Source: an uncultured Pelagibacteraceae bacterium (GTDB taxonomy: Bacteria; Pseudomonadota; Alphaproteobacteria; Pelagibacterales; Pelagibacteraceae). Taken from it: a DNA stretch of 64,000 nucleotides. This document shows, one piece after another, positions 8,401 to 17,584 of this stretch; within the stretch, counting starts at the first letter, position 1, and each line of letters begins with the position of its first letter. The notes under the pieces were generated by a model. That model searched no databases. It was not told the origin of the DNA and saw nothing but the letters and a program-made list of their open reading frames with translations. Location: assembly GCA_902552805.1 (NCBI GenBank), contig CACDIC010000003.1, forward strand, positions 42,518-106,517, in the 5' to 3' direction. Both the position numbers and the translations under genes were made by a program.

Positions 8401-9558
8401 ATGATAATGAGATTAAAAGATTGTCACAATTTCGGTGATTTTAGAAAACTTGCCAAGCTAAAGCTTCCATCGCCTATTTTTCATTATATTGATGGAGCTG
8501 CTGATGATGAAATTACATACGCTAGGAATACTAGCGCTTTTGACGACGTAGATTTAGTTCCAAATGTTTTAAGAGGTGTTGAGAATGTAGATTTGTCTAC
8601 GACGATTTTTGGTAAAAAATTGGATTTACCATTTTACCTTTCACCAACAGCATTACAAAGACTTTTTCATTATGATGGTGAAAGAGCAGTCGGAAAAGCA
8701 GCTAAAAAATTTAATACAATGTTTGGTGTGTCTGCATTAGCAACTGTTAGCGTAGAAGAAATATCCTCGTTGATTGATACACCCAAAATGTTTCAGTTTT
8801 ACTTTCACAAAGATAGAGGTTTAAATGACTCTTGTTTAGAGCGAGCTAAGGCCGCTAAATTTGATGTAATGGCTCTTACAGTTGATACCATTACAGGAGG
8901 AAATCGTGAAAGAGATTTAAGAACTGGTTTTACTTCTCCTCCGAAATTGACTCTATCAAGCTTATTTAGTTTTGCGACCAAACCTATGTGGGGAATTAAT
9001 TATTTAACAAAAGGAAAATTTGAATTACCCCACCTTCAAGATTTTGTAAAAGAGGGTACAAGTACAAACTCTTCCATAGGAAATTATTTTTCAACAATGT
9101 TAGATCAATCTATGAATTGGAAAGATGCTGAAAAACTTTGTTCTCAATGGGGAGGTCATTTTGCACTTAAAGGAATAATGAGTGTAGAAGATGCTAAAAA
9201 AGCAGTTGATATTGGATGTACTGGTATAATGGTTTCAAATCATGGTGGTAGACAACTTGATGGATCGAGATCACCGTTTGATCAGCTCGCAGAAATAGTT
9301 GATGCAGTTGGAGATAAACTTGATGTTATATGTGAAGGAGGAATTCATAGAGGAACACATATGCTTAAAGCATTATCTCTTGGTGCAAAAGCATGTTCTG
9401 GTGGAAGACTTTATCTTTATGCACTTGCAGCAGCAGGCCAACCAGGCGTCGAAAGAGCTCTTGAATTGTATAAATCTGAGTTAGTTAGAGATATGAAACT
9501 CATGGGATGTACAAAAATTTCAGATCTTAATAGAAATAATCTTAGATTTAGAAAATAG
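8401..9558 (+). CDS. FMN-dependent alpha-hydroxy-acid dehydrogenase/oxidase, copy 1 (L-lactate dehydrogenase/glycolate oxidase family)
   Basis: FHYIDGAADDE, FQFY, TVDT..GNRERD, LKG, SNHGGRQLD; alternative start 8407. Confidence 0.93.
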   Translation: MIMRLKDCHNFGDFRKLAKLKLPSPIFHYIDGAADDEITYARNTSAFDDVDLVPNVLRGVENVDLSTTIFGKKLDLPFYLSPTALQRLFHYDGERAVGKAAKKFNTMFGVSALATVSVEEISSLIDTPKMFQFYFHKDRGLNDSCLERAKAAKFDVMALTVDTITGGNRERDLRTGFTSPPKLTLSSLFSFATKPMWGINYLTKGKFELPHLQDFVKEGTSTNSSIGNYFSTMLDQSMNWKDAEKLCSQWGGHFALKGIMSVEDAKKAVDIGCTGIMVSNHGGRQLDGSRSPFDQLAEIVDAVGDKLDVICEGGIHRGTHMLKALSLGAKACSGGRLYLYALAAAGQPGVERALELYKSELVRDMKLMGCTKISDLNRNNLRFRK

Positions 9559-10721
9559 TGAGTTTACAAAATTGTTATAATTTTGACGATTTTAGAAAAC
9601 TTGCGAAAAAAAAATTACCTTCACCAATATTTCATTATATTGATGGTGGTGCAGATGATGAAATAACACTTAAACGAAATACAAAATCTTTTGATGAATG
9701 CGATTTAGTTCCTAATATTTTAGCAAGCGTCGGAAAACCAGATCTCTCAACAACTATTTTTGGAAAAAAAATTGATATGCCACTCTTTTTATCACCATGT
9801 GCCATGCAAAGACTTTATCATCATGACGGTGACAAAGCATCTGCTAGAGCAGCTGATAAGTTTGGAACATTTTATAGTATGTCTACGATGGCAAATAACA
9901 CTATAGAGGAAATTTCAAATATTTCAGGTGGACCAAAGTTATTTCAACTTTATGTTCACAAAGATCAATCAATCACTGATGATTTAATTGATCGTTGCAG
10001 AAGATCAGGATTTGATGGAATGTGTTTAACTGTAGATACTTTAGTAGCAGGTAATAGAGAAAGAGATCATAGAACAGGTTTTACAACCCCACCAAAGTTA
10101 ACTTTACAAAGTTTAATGAGTTTTGCTCTTCATCCAAGTTGGGTATTTAATTATCTTACTCACGGGAAATTTAAATTAGCAAATGTGGCTACAAAAACAG
10201 ATAAGGGCACCAATATTGCAAAATCAGTTATAGAGTACATTAATGAACAATACGATCCAGCAATGAACTGGAAGGACGCAGAATATTGTGTGAAGAAATG
10301 GAATGGACCCTTTGCACTTAAAGGTGTTATGTCCGTTGAAGATGCGAAAAGAGCAATAGATATTGGTTGTACGGCAATCATGATTTCAAATCATGGTGGA
10401 AGACAACTTGATGGATCGAGATCGCCATTTGATCAAGTCAAAGCAATCTCGGATGCAGTTGGAGATAAATTGGAAATCATATTAGACGGGGGAGTGAGAA
10501 GAGGAACTCATGTATTAAAAGCAATCGCTGCAGGTGCAAAAGCCTGTAGTTTTGGTAAAATGTTTTTGTTCTCTTTAGCCGCAGGGGGACAACAAGGTGT
10601 TGAGCATTTACTAAAAAATATGCACGACGAAATCAATAGAAATATGGTTTTAATGGGATGTAAGAACCTAAAAGAGTTGAATAGTTCAAAATTAATTTAT
10701 AGAACTTCTAATAAAATATAA
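9558..10721 (+). CDS. FMN-dependent alpha-hydroxy-acid dehydrogenase/oxidase, copy 2
   Basis: FHYIDGGADDE, FQLY, TVDT..GNRERD, SNHGGRQLD, DGGVRRG; GTG start overlaps copy 1 stop. Confidence 0.93.
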   Translation: MSLQNCYNFDDFRKLAKKKLPSPIFHYIDGGADDEITLKRNTKSFDECDLVPNILASVGKPDLSTTIFGKKIDMPLFLSPCAMQRLYHHDGDKASARAADKFGTFYSMSTMANNTIEEISNISGGPKLFQLYVHKDQSITDDLIDRCRRSGFDGMCLTVDTLVAGNRERDHRTGFTTPPKLTLQSLMSFALHPSWVFNYLTHGKFKLANVATKTDKGTNIAKSVIEYINEQYDPAMNWKDAEYCVKKWNGPFALKGVMSVEDAKRAIDIGCTAIMISNHGGRQLDGSRSPFDQVKAISDAVGDKLEIILDGGVRRGTHVLKAIAAGAKACSFGKMFLFSLAAGGQQGVEHLLKNMHDEINRNMVLMGCKNLKELNSSKLIYRTSNKI

Positions 10722-10726
10722 AAGTT

Positions 10727-11893
10727 ATGGAACTAGCAAAGAGTTTAGATAGATTAGGAACAGAGTCTGCTTTTTCGGTATTAGCAGAGGCAAAGAAATT
10801 AGAGGCCCAAGGTAAGCCGATGATCCATTTAGGTCTAGGACAACCAGATTTTAAAACACCTAAACATGTTGTTGAAGCCGCAAAAAAAGCTTTGGATGAC
10901 GGTCATCACGGATACGTGATGTCAAATGGAATACCTGAGTGTCGCCAAGCGGTAACAAGATGGATTAAGAAACGTTATAAAGCTGAGATAGATCCTGAAA
11001 GAATTTTAATCATGCCAGGCGGTAAACCTACAATGAGTTACGCGATACAATGTTACGGAGAACCGGGAGTAGAAATAATCCATCCTACACCTGCATTTCC
11101 AATATATGAGTCTATGATTAATTATACAGGTTCAACGCCTGTCCCTTATGATTTAACTGAAGATAAAGATCTTAAATTTGATCCAGACAAAATTTTATCT
11201 CTTATAACTAAAAAAACAAGATTACTGATTTTAATTAATCCAAATAACCCAACAGGAAGTTTTGTTGAGAAACCTGTAATTGACTATTTTGCAAAGGAGT
11301 TAGAAAAACATCCTCATGTTACTATTTTAAGTGATGAAATTTATAGTAGACAAATTTTTGACTACAAAGAAATGCCTTCTTTTTTCCATTATCCAAATTT
11401 AAAAGATAGGTTAATTGTATTAGAGGGTTGGAGCAAAGCTTATTCGATGACGGGATGGAGATTAGGTTGGAGTTATTGGCCTAAAGAACTTATTGAGCAC
11501 GTAAACAAATTATTAATTAATAGCGTGTCATGTGTAAATGCTGCTGCACAATATGCAGGTATTGCTGCACTAGATGGCCCTGATGACTCTATCAAAGATA
11601 TGTTAGACAAGTTTACTTTAAGAAGAAATTTAATTCATCAGGGGTTAAATGATCTTCCAGGAGTGGAGTGTAGTTTACCTGGAGGAGCCTTTTATGCATT
11701 CCCAAAAGTAATTGGTACAGGAATGAATGGATCTGAATTCTGTAAAAAAGCAATGCATGAGGCTGGAGTAGCAATAGTGCCAGGAACTGCTTTTGGTAAA
11801 ACTTGTAATGATTACGTAAGATTTAGTTTCGCAGCATCAAGAGATAACATTTTACAAGCCTTAGAAAACATAAAGAAAATGCTTACTAAATAA
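10727..11893 (+). CDS. PLP-dependent class I/II aminotransferase (AspC-like)
   Basis: GQPDF, NPNNPTG, SDEIY, SKAYSMTGWRLG (PLP lysine), VRFSFA. Confidence 0.92.
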   Translation: MELAKSLDRLGTESAFSVLAEAKKLEAQGKPMIHLGLGQPDFKTPKHVVEAAKKALDDGHHGYVMSNGIPECRQAVTRWIKKRYKAEIDPERILIMPGGKPTMSYAIQCYGEPGVEIIHPTPAFPIYESMINYTGSTPVPYDLTEDKDLKFDPDKILSLITKKTRLLILINPNNPTGSFVEKPVIDYFAKELEKHPHVTILSDEIYSRQIFDYKEMPSFFHYPNLKDRLIVLEGWSKAYSMTGWRLGWSYWPKELIEHVNKLLINSVSCVNAAAQYAGIAALDGPDDSIKDMLDKFTLRRNLIHQGLNDLPGVECSLPGGAFYAFPKVIGTGMNGSEFCKKAMHEAGVAIVPGTAFGKTCNDYVRFSFAASRDNILQALENIKKMLTK

Positions 11894-11931
11894 GCTGTAT
11901 TTTTGACAAAATTTTTACTAATATTCTTTTA

Positions 11932-13305
11932 ATGAACGAGCAAGTCCAAGCAGAGTTTAAAAAAATTTTTAATGGAAGATTTTCTACCTCTGAGTCAACA
12001 AGAGCAAATTATGCTAGAGGTGAGGATACTTATGATCCTGTTTTGTCTAAAGCTGTAGTTTTTCCTGAAACAAATGAAGAGGTCTCTAAGGTGCTCCGTT
12101 TATGTAATGAGCACAAAATTCCTGTTGTACCTTTTGGAACAGGAACATCCTTAGAAGGTAATGTTGTCGGTAATGAAAAAGGCATAACTATATGTCTTGA
12201 AAAAATGAATAAAATTTTAAGCGTAAATGTTGAGGACTTTGATTGTCGAGTTCAGGCATGTGTAACTAAAGAGCAATTAAATGATTATTTGAGAGAAGAC
12301 GGAGTTTTTTTCCCGATTGATCCAGGTGCTAATGCAGCAATTGGAGGAATGGCTTCAACATCAGCTTCAGGGACAATGGCTGTAAAATATGGAACAATGA
12401 AAACTGTAATCAGTGGACTCACAGTTGTTCTGCCTAATGGAGATATTGTAAATACTGGTAGCAGAACCAAAAAAACATCAGCAGGTTATAATTTAACCAA
12501 TTTATTTATAGGTTCAGAGGGAACGTTAGGAATAATTACAGAAGTTCAATTGAGATTATCGCCAATACCAGAAAGCATTATGTCTGCAGTTTGTCATTTC
12601 CCAACTTTAGAAAATGCAGTTCAAACTGCCCAACAAGTTATCCAATATGGAGTTCCGATCGCTAGAATTGAGATGCTAAACAAAGACCAAATGGGTATTA
12701 GTATTAATTACTCTAAATTGAAAGATATTGAAGCAGTGCCAACTTTATTTTTTGAGTTTCATGGATCCGAGGCATCTAATAATGAAAATATTAAAATTGT
12801 TGAGGAAATATCGAAAGATAATAATGGAAGTTCTTTTAAATGGGCAAAAGATCTAGAAGAGAGAAATAAGCTTTGGAAAGCACGGTGGGATGTTTATTAT
12901 TCTGTTAAAGCATTGATAAATAATGGAAGAGTTTATTCGACTGACGTGTGTTTACCAATTTCAAATATTACAGAATGTGTAAATTACGCAGAAGAGCAAG
13001 CAAAAAAATTTGGATTAAGAGCTCCGATGGTAGGTCATTTAGGTGATGGAAACTTTCATGTGCTTTTGCCTTTTGACCCTGAAAACAAAGAGACATATAA
13101 AAAAATAAGAGAATTTAACGACTTATTAATTAACAAAGCGCTTGAATTGAAAGGTACAATCACTGGAGAACATGGAGTTGGGTTACATAAAAAAGAATAT
13201 CTTTTAAAAGAACATGCTGACAACATTCCATTAATGAAATTGATTAAGAGGAGCATTGATCAAAATAATATAATGAATCCTGGCAAGATATTCGATCTAA
13301 ATTAG
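11932..13305 (+). CDS. FAD-linked D-2-hydroxy-acid oxidoreductase (D-lactate dehydrogenase/GlcD family)
   Basis: PFGTGTSLEG, DPGANAAIGG, GSEGTLG, GHLGDGNFH, GEHGVG, IMNPGK. Confidence 0.9.
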   Translation: MNEQVQAEFKKIFNGRFSTSESTRANYARGEDTYDPVLSKAVVFPETNEEVSKVLRLCNEHKIPVVPFGTGTSLEGNVVGNEKGITICLEKMNKILSVNVEDFDCRVQACVTKEQLNDYLREDGVFFPIDPGANAAIGGMASTSASGTMAVKYGTMKTVISGLTVVLPNGDIVNTGSRTKKTSAGYNLTNLFIGSEGTLGIITEVQLRLSPIPESIMSAVCHFPTLENAVQTAQQVIQYGVPIARIEMLNKDQMGISINYSKLKDIEAVPTLFFEFHGSEASNNENIKIVEEISKDNNGSSFKWAKDLEERNKLWKARWDVYYSVKALINNGRVYSTDVCLPISNITECVNYAEEQAKKFGLRAPMVGHLGDGNFHVLLPFDPENKETYKKIREFNDLLINKALELKGTITGEHGVGLHKKEYLLKEHADNIPLMKLIKRSIDQNNIMNPGKIFDLN

Positions 13306-13321
13306 TTAATTCAATATTTTA

Positions 13322-14275
13322 ATGAAAAAAATTCTTATCACTAGAAAATTAATTAAGGAGAGTGAGGACAAAGCCACTAAAACTTTTGATCCAATGTTCA
13401 ATAATAATGATGAGCTATACTCTCAGTCAAAAGTAATAGAAATGAGTAAAGGATGTGATGGAATTTTATCTTCTCTCACAGATAAAATGGATAAAGAAAC
13501 AATCAACAAATTGCCAGACACGATAAAAATTATTTCAAATTTTGCAGTTGGATTTGGAAATATTGATTTAGATGCCGCAAAAAAAAGAGGCATTGCAGTG
13601 ACGAATACTCCTGAGGTTTTATCTGATGCGACAGCTGAAATTGGGATACTTTTAATTTTAGGCGCATGCAGAAGAGCCTCTGAAGGAATAGTATCTGCTC
13701 AAGAAGGTGGATGGAAGTGGTCAGCAGACTATTTAATAGGAAAGCAATTGACAGGCTCCAGACTTGGTATTCTAGGCATGGGAAGAATAGGACAAAAAAT
13801 TGCAAAGATTGCAAAGTCGTTAGGCATGATAATTCATTATCACAATAGATCAAAGTTAAGTGATGAAAAAGAACAGGGAGCGATTTATCATGATAATATT
13901 AAAAGTCTTTTTTCGGTTTCTGATGTCCTATCAATTTGTTGTCCTGCTACTAAAGAAACAGAAAACATGATTAACAAAGAAACTGTTGAATATTTTCCTA
14001 AAGGAGCAGTAATTACTAATGTTGCTAGAGGAGATATAGTCGATGATGAAGCCTTGATTGATGCATTGAATCGAAGAAAAATATATGCAGCTGGATTAGA
14101 TGTTTATAAAAATGAGCCAAACTTAAATCCTGGTTATAATAAAATTAAGTCAGCATTTATTCTTCCACACCTAGGAAGCGCAACAAAGGATACAAGAATT
14201 GCAATGGCAAACTTAGCAATCGATAATATTGATGAGTTTTTTAAAACTGGAAATTGTAAAAATAAAGTAAATTAA
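13322..14275 (+). CDS. D-2-hydroxyacid dehydrogenase, glyoxylate/hydroxypyruvate reductase (GyaR/GhrB-like)
   Basis: AVGFGNID, NTPEVL, GMGRIG Rossmann, NVARG, GLDV..EP, PHLGSAT. Confidence 0.9.
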   Translation: MKKILITRKLIKESEDKATKTFDPMFNNNDELYSQSKVIEMSKGCDGILSSLTDKMDKETINKLPDTIKIISNFAVGFGNIDLDAAKKRGIAVTNTPEVLSDATAEIGILLILGACRRASEGIVSAQEGGWKWSADYLIGKQLTGSRLGILGMGRIGQKIAKIAKSLGMIIHYHNRSKLSDEKEQGAIYHDNIKSLFSVSDVLSICCPATKETENMINKETVEYFPKGAVITNVARGDIVDDEALIDALNRRKIYAAGLDVYKNEPNLNPGYNKIKSAFILPHLGSATKDTRIAMANLAIDNIDEFFKTGNCKNKVN

Positions 14276-14287
14276 TTCTACTCTGGA

Positions 14288-14388
14288 TTGAATCTAATTC
14301 AACTATTGCGACATCTACGCCTTTTTTTAGAAAGACTCTAATCTGATTCTATGTTTTAATTAATCAAGTTAATTAACTTTAATAGGAG
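14288..14388 (+). promoter_or_regulatory. Upstream control region of the TRAP substrate-binding gene: two palindromes and a strong RBS
   Basis: TTGAAT-CTA-ATTCAA (14288-14302); perfect AAGTTAATTAACTT (14366-14379); AGGAG (14384-14388) 5 nt before ATG. Confidence 0.45.
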
Positions 14389-14393
14389 TAATA

Positions 14394-15548
14394 ATGACTA
14401 AAGAAAATAAATCATTGAAGGTGAAAACATCTTCAAGACGTAAGTTCTTTAAAACTGCTGCTAAGACTGGTGCTATAGCTGCAGCCGCTGTTGCAATGCC
14501 ATATGTGAAAGCAAATGCAGCAACAACTTTAAAGATGCAAGCTGCATGGCCAAGTGGAGCTAACATCTTTTTCGAAATGGCTGGAGATTATTGTAACATG
14601 GTTAAAGAAATGTCTGGAGGATCTCTTCAGATTGATCTTCAACCGGTTGGAGCAGTTGTAAAGACTTCAGAAATCGGACAAGCGGTAAGTTCCGGTGTAG
14701 TAGATATGGGTCACTGGGTGACTGCATATTGGTATGGTAAAAACCCTGCTGCATCATTATTTGGAACTGGTCCTTCATATGGAATGTCATCTCAAGAAGT
14801 TATGGGATGGATGGAATATGGTGGAGGAAGAAAATTATATGACGAAACACTTGCAAAAGTTGGTTTCGATTATGTTGGTTTTTTCCATATGCCTATGCCA
14901 GCTCAGCCTTTTGGTTGGTTCAAAAAGAACGTAACTAAAGTGTCTGATGTTAAAGGTATGAAGTACAGAACTGTTGGTTTAGCGACTAACGTTTTAACTG
15001 CAATGGGAATGGTAGTTAGACAATTACCAGGTGGTGAAATTCAACCAGCGATGAAAACTGGCTTGATTGAAGCTGCTGAGTTTAACAACCCTACTTCAGA
15101 CTCTCAGTTTGGTATGCAAGATGTTTCTAAGCACTATCACTTAGGAAGCTTCCACCAATCTCAAGAGATGTTTGAGATACCAGTTAACAAAAAAACATAT
15201 AATAGTTTATCACCTGCACACCAAGCAATATTGAAAAATGCTGCTTATGCTGCAAATAGTGATAACTACTTTAAAGCTTTAGTAAGATACTCAGCTGACT
15301 TAGCTAAGTTAATGAATGAGCATAAAGTAAATGTTTACCAAACTTCTGATGAAATCTTAGCTCAACAATTAAAAGGTTGGGATAAGGTAATCGGTGATTT
15401 CAATAAGAAAGATCCTTTCTTTAAGAAAATCGTAGATTCTCAGAAAGCGTATGCGAAGAGAGTAATGAAATACTTGCTGATGAATCAGCCGAATTACAAA
15501 CTTGCGTATGAAAATGAGTTTGGTCCAATTGCAAAAGTTAAGTTATAA
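14394..15548 (+). CDS. dctP: TRAP transporter substrate-binding protein, TakP (alpha-keto acid/lactate) subfamily, Tat-exported
   Basis: SRRKFFK twin-arginine signal; AYWYGKNPAASLFG, GWFKK, KYRTVGL, LPGGEI, AAEFNNP motifs. Confidence 0.9.
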   Translation: MTKENKSLKVKTSSRRKFFKTAAKTGAIAAAAVAMPYVKANAATTLKMQAAWPSGANIFFEMAGDYCNMVKEMSGGSLQIDLQPVGAVVKTSEIGQAVSSGVVDMGHWVTAYWYGKNPAASLFGTGPSYGMSSQEVMGWMEYGGGRKLYDETLAKVGFDYVGFFHMPMPAQPFGWFKKNVTKVSDVKGMKYRTVGLATNVLTAMGMVVRQLPGGEIQPAMKTGLIEAAEFNNPTSDSQFGMQDVSKHYHLGSFHQSQEMFEIPVNKKTYNSLSPAHQAILKNAAYAANSDNYFKALVRYSADLAKLMNEHKVNVYQTSDEILAQQLKGWDKVIGDFNKKDPFFKKIVDSQKAYAKRVMKYLLMNQPNYKLAYENEFGPIAKVKL

Positions 15549-15571
15549 TTAACTTTTCATAAATTTTAATG

Positions 15572-15597
15572 AGGGGGCCTCGGCCCCCTTTTTATTT
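15572..15597 (+). terminator. Intrinsic terminator between dctP and dctQ
   Basis: AGGGGGC-CTCG-GCCCCCT stem-loop followed by TTTTATTT. Confidence 0.85.
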
Positions 15598-15633
15598 GAT
15601 TAATTCAAAACAATTCAATAAGAGTCTATATCT

Positions 15634-16227
15634 ATGATGAGATCTTATATAAAATTTGCCGACCGATTAAGCGTCTCAATGGGTAAAGCATTTTCTTGGT
15701 GTATAGTAATTTTAATGGGTGGAACGTGCTATGAAGTTTTTATGGCATATGCTTTAAATGCACCAACTTTATGGAATTTCGATTTTAGTCTCCAAATGTA
15801 TGGTGCAATTTTTATGATGGCGGGTGCATATACTTTGTGTACCGAGGCACATGTAAGAGGAGACGTCATTTACAGATTATTTTCTCAAAGAGTACAAGCT
15901 TGGATAGATATAGTTTTATATTTTATTTTCTTTTTCCCTGGTGTAATTGCATTAGCCTTTTATGGTTACGAGTATGCTGCGCTAGCTTGGAAAATAAAAG
16001 AAACAAGTTGGAATAGTCCAGCTCAAATTCAAATTTATATGGCGAAATCTTTAATACCTTTATCTGGAAGTCTGTTAACCCTTCAGGGAATAGGTGAAGT
16101 GTTCAGATGTATTATATGTATTAAAACTGGTAGTTGGCCAGAAAGAGGAACAGAGCGTGATGCCGAAGAAACTGAAAAAGTATTAATGAGAACTTCACAA
16201 GAAGGAAATAAAGAAGATGTTATTTAG
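15634..16227 (+). CDS. dctQ: TRAP transporter small permease
   Basis: 4 TM helices, AYTL...HVRGDVIY motif. Confidence 0.9.
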   Translation: MMRSYIKFADRLSVSMGKAFSWCIVILMGGTCYEVFMAYALNAPTLWNFDFSLQMYGAIFMMAGAYTLCTEAHVRGDVIYRLFSQRVQAWIDIVLYFIFFFPGVIALAFYGYEYAALAWKIKETSWNSPAQIQIYMAKSLIPLSGSLLTLQGIGEVFRCIICIKTGSWPERGTERDAEETEKVLMRTSQEGNKEDVI

Positions 16228-17578
16228 TCTGACAAATCCTGAAGTGGCAATTATGATGATGGGTATATTTTTATTTGCCGTACTATTAGGTTTTCCGATT
16301 GCCTTTACTTTAATGGCAATGGGACTAGGTTTTGGATATTATGCTTACTTTGATCCAACTAAGATGGAACATCTTTTTGATAATAGGATATTCCAACTTT
16401 TTGTTCAAAACACCTACACTGTTATGGATAATAATGTCCTTACTGCTGTCCCGCTCTTTTTATTCATGGGATATTTAGTTGAAAGAGCAGGTATTGTAGC
16501 AAAACTATTTTTTGCAATTAGATTAGCATCACACAAGCTTCCTGCATCAATGGCAGTTGCAGCACTGATTACTTGTGCCCTATTTTCAACAGCAACAGGT
16601 ATTATAGGTGCAGTTGTTACTTTAATGGGACTACTAGCATGGCCTGCTATGGTTAAAGCTGGTTATGATAAAAAATTTGCATCTGGAATAATTTGTTCAG
16701 GTGGATGTTTAGGAATTTTAATTCCACCTAGTATTATGTTGATCGTTTACTCTGTAATTGCTCAACTATCACCACTAAGGTTATTTGCAGCTGCTATTTT
16801 TCCAGGATTGATGTTAGCAGGACTTTACATTGCATACGCAGTGTTCAGAGCTTGGTTAAATCCTTCGATAGCGCCAAAACCTGCAGCTGAGGAAATACCT
16901 CCTACAGCAGTAATTCTTAAAGAGGTTCTTGTCTCCTTCTTACCTTTATTTTCATTGATAATTTTAGTTCTAGGTACAATTTTAGCTGGAATAGCAACAC
17001 CTGCTGAAGCTGCAGCCGTTGGTGCATTTGGATCGTTGGTGCTTTCATATTTTTATAAAACCCTTAAGTGGAAAAATTTTAAAGAGTCTGTCTTTTTGAC
17101 AGCTAAAACAACTGCAATGATCATGTGGCTTTTCATAGGATCGTGGACATTTGCTTCTGTATTTTCTTATCTTGGAGGCCACGAGGTTTTCGAACATTTC
17201 TTTAAATCTCTAAATTTACAGCCTTGGCAATTTTTAGTAATTACACAATTGATTATATTTTTATTAGGTTGGCCGTTGGAGTGGACGGAGATATTAATTA
17301 TTTTTGTACCAATATTTTTACCATTAGTCGAATTTTTTGGAGTAAACCCATATTTCTTTGCAATGTTAATTGCTCTAAATTTACAAACCTCATTTTTGAC
17401 CCCCCCCATGGCAATGTCAGCTTACTATCTAAAGGGAGTTCAATCGAAGAATGTTGAATTGATGCAAATCTTTGGAGGAATAATGCCATTTTTAGGTATC
17501 GTGATTTTAGCTATGGTTCTAATGTATTTATTTCCAGGTATAGCACTTTGGTTACCAGAGACATTATTTGCAAATTAA
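16217..17578 (+). CDS. dctM: TRAP transporter large permease
   Basis: GFPIAF, AVPLFLFMG, LGILIPPS, ATPAEAAA, QTSFLTPP. Confidence 0.93.
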   Translation: MLFSLTNPEVAIMMMGIFLFAVLLGFPIAFTLMAMGLGFGYYAYFDPTKMEHLFDNRIFQLFVQNTYTVMDNNVLTAVPLFLFMGYLVERAGIVAKLFFAIRLASHKLPASMAVAALITCALFSTATGIIGAVVTLMGLLAWPAMVKAGYDKKFASGIICSGGCLGILIPPSIMLIVYSVIAQLSPLRLFAAAIFPGLMLAGLYIAYAVFRAWLNPSIAPKPAAEEIPPTAVILKEVLVSFLPLFSLIILVLGTILAGIATPAEAAAVGAFGSLVLSYFYKTLKWKNFKESVFLTAKTTAMIMWLFIGSWTFASVFSYLGGHEVFEHFFKSLNLQPWQFLVITQLIIFLLGWPLEWTEILIIFVPIFLPLVEFFGVNPYFFAMLIALNLQTSFLTPPMAMSAYYLKGVQSKNVELMQIFGGIMPFLGIVILAMVLMYLFPGIALWLPETLFAN

Positions 17579-17584
17579 TTTTAG

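Noticed and set aside
11903-11927. Perfect TTGACA upstream of the FAD oxidoreductase
   Set aside because: No -10 element at 16-18 bp spacing
14306-14321. RegA/RegR-like box TGCGACATCTACGCC
   Set aside because: Right half-site and spacing deviate from consensus; overlaps a plausible -35 element
14370-15556. TAATTAACTTT direct repeat flanking dctP as a cassette-insertion scar
   Set aside because: 11 bp of nearly pure AT, expected by chance here; no integrase
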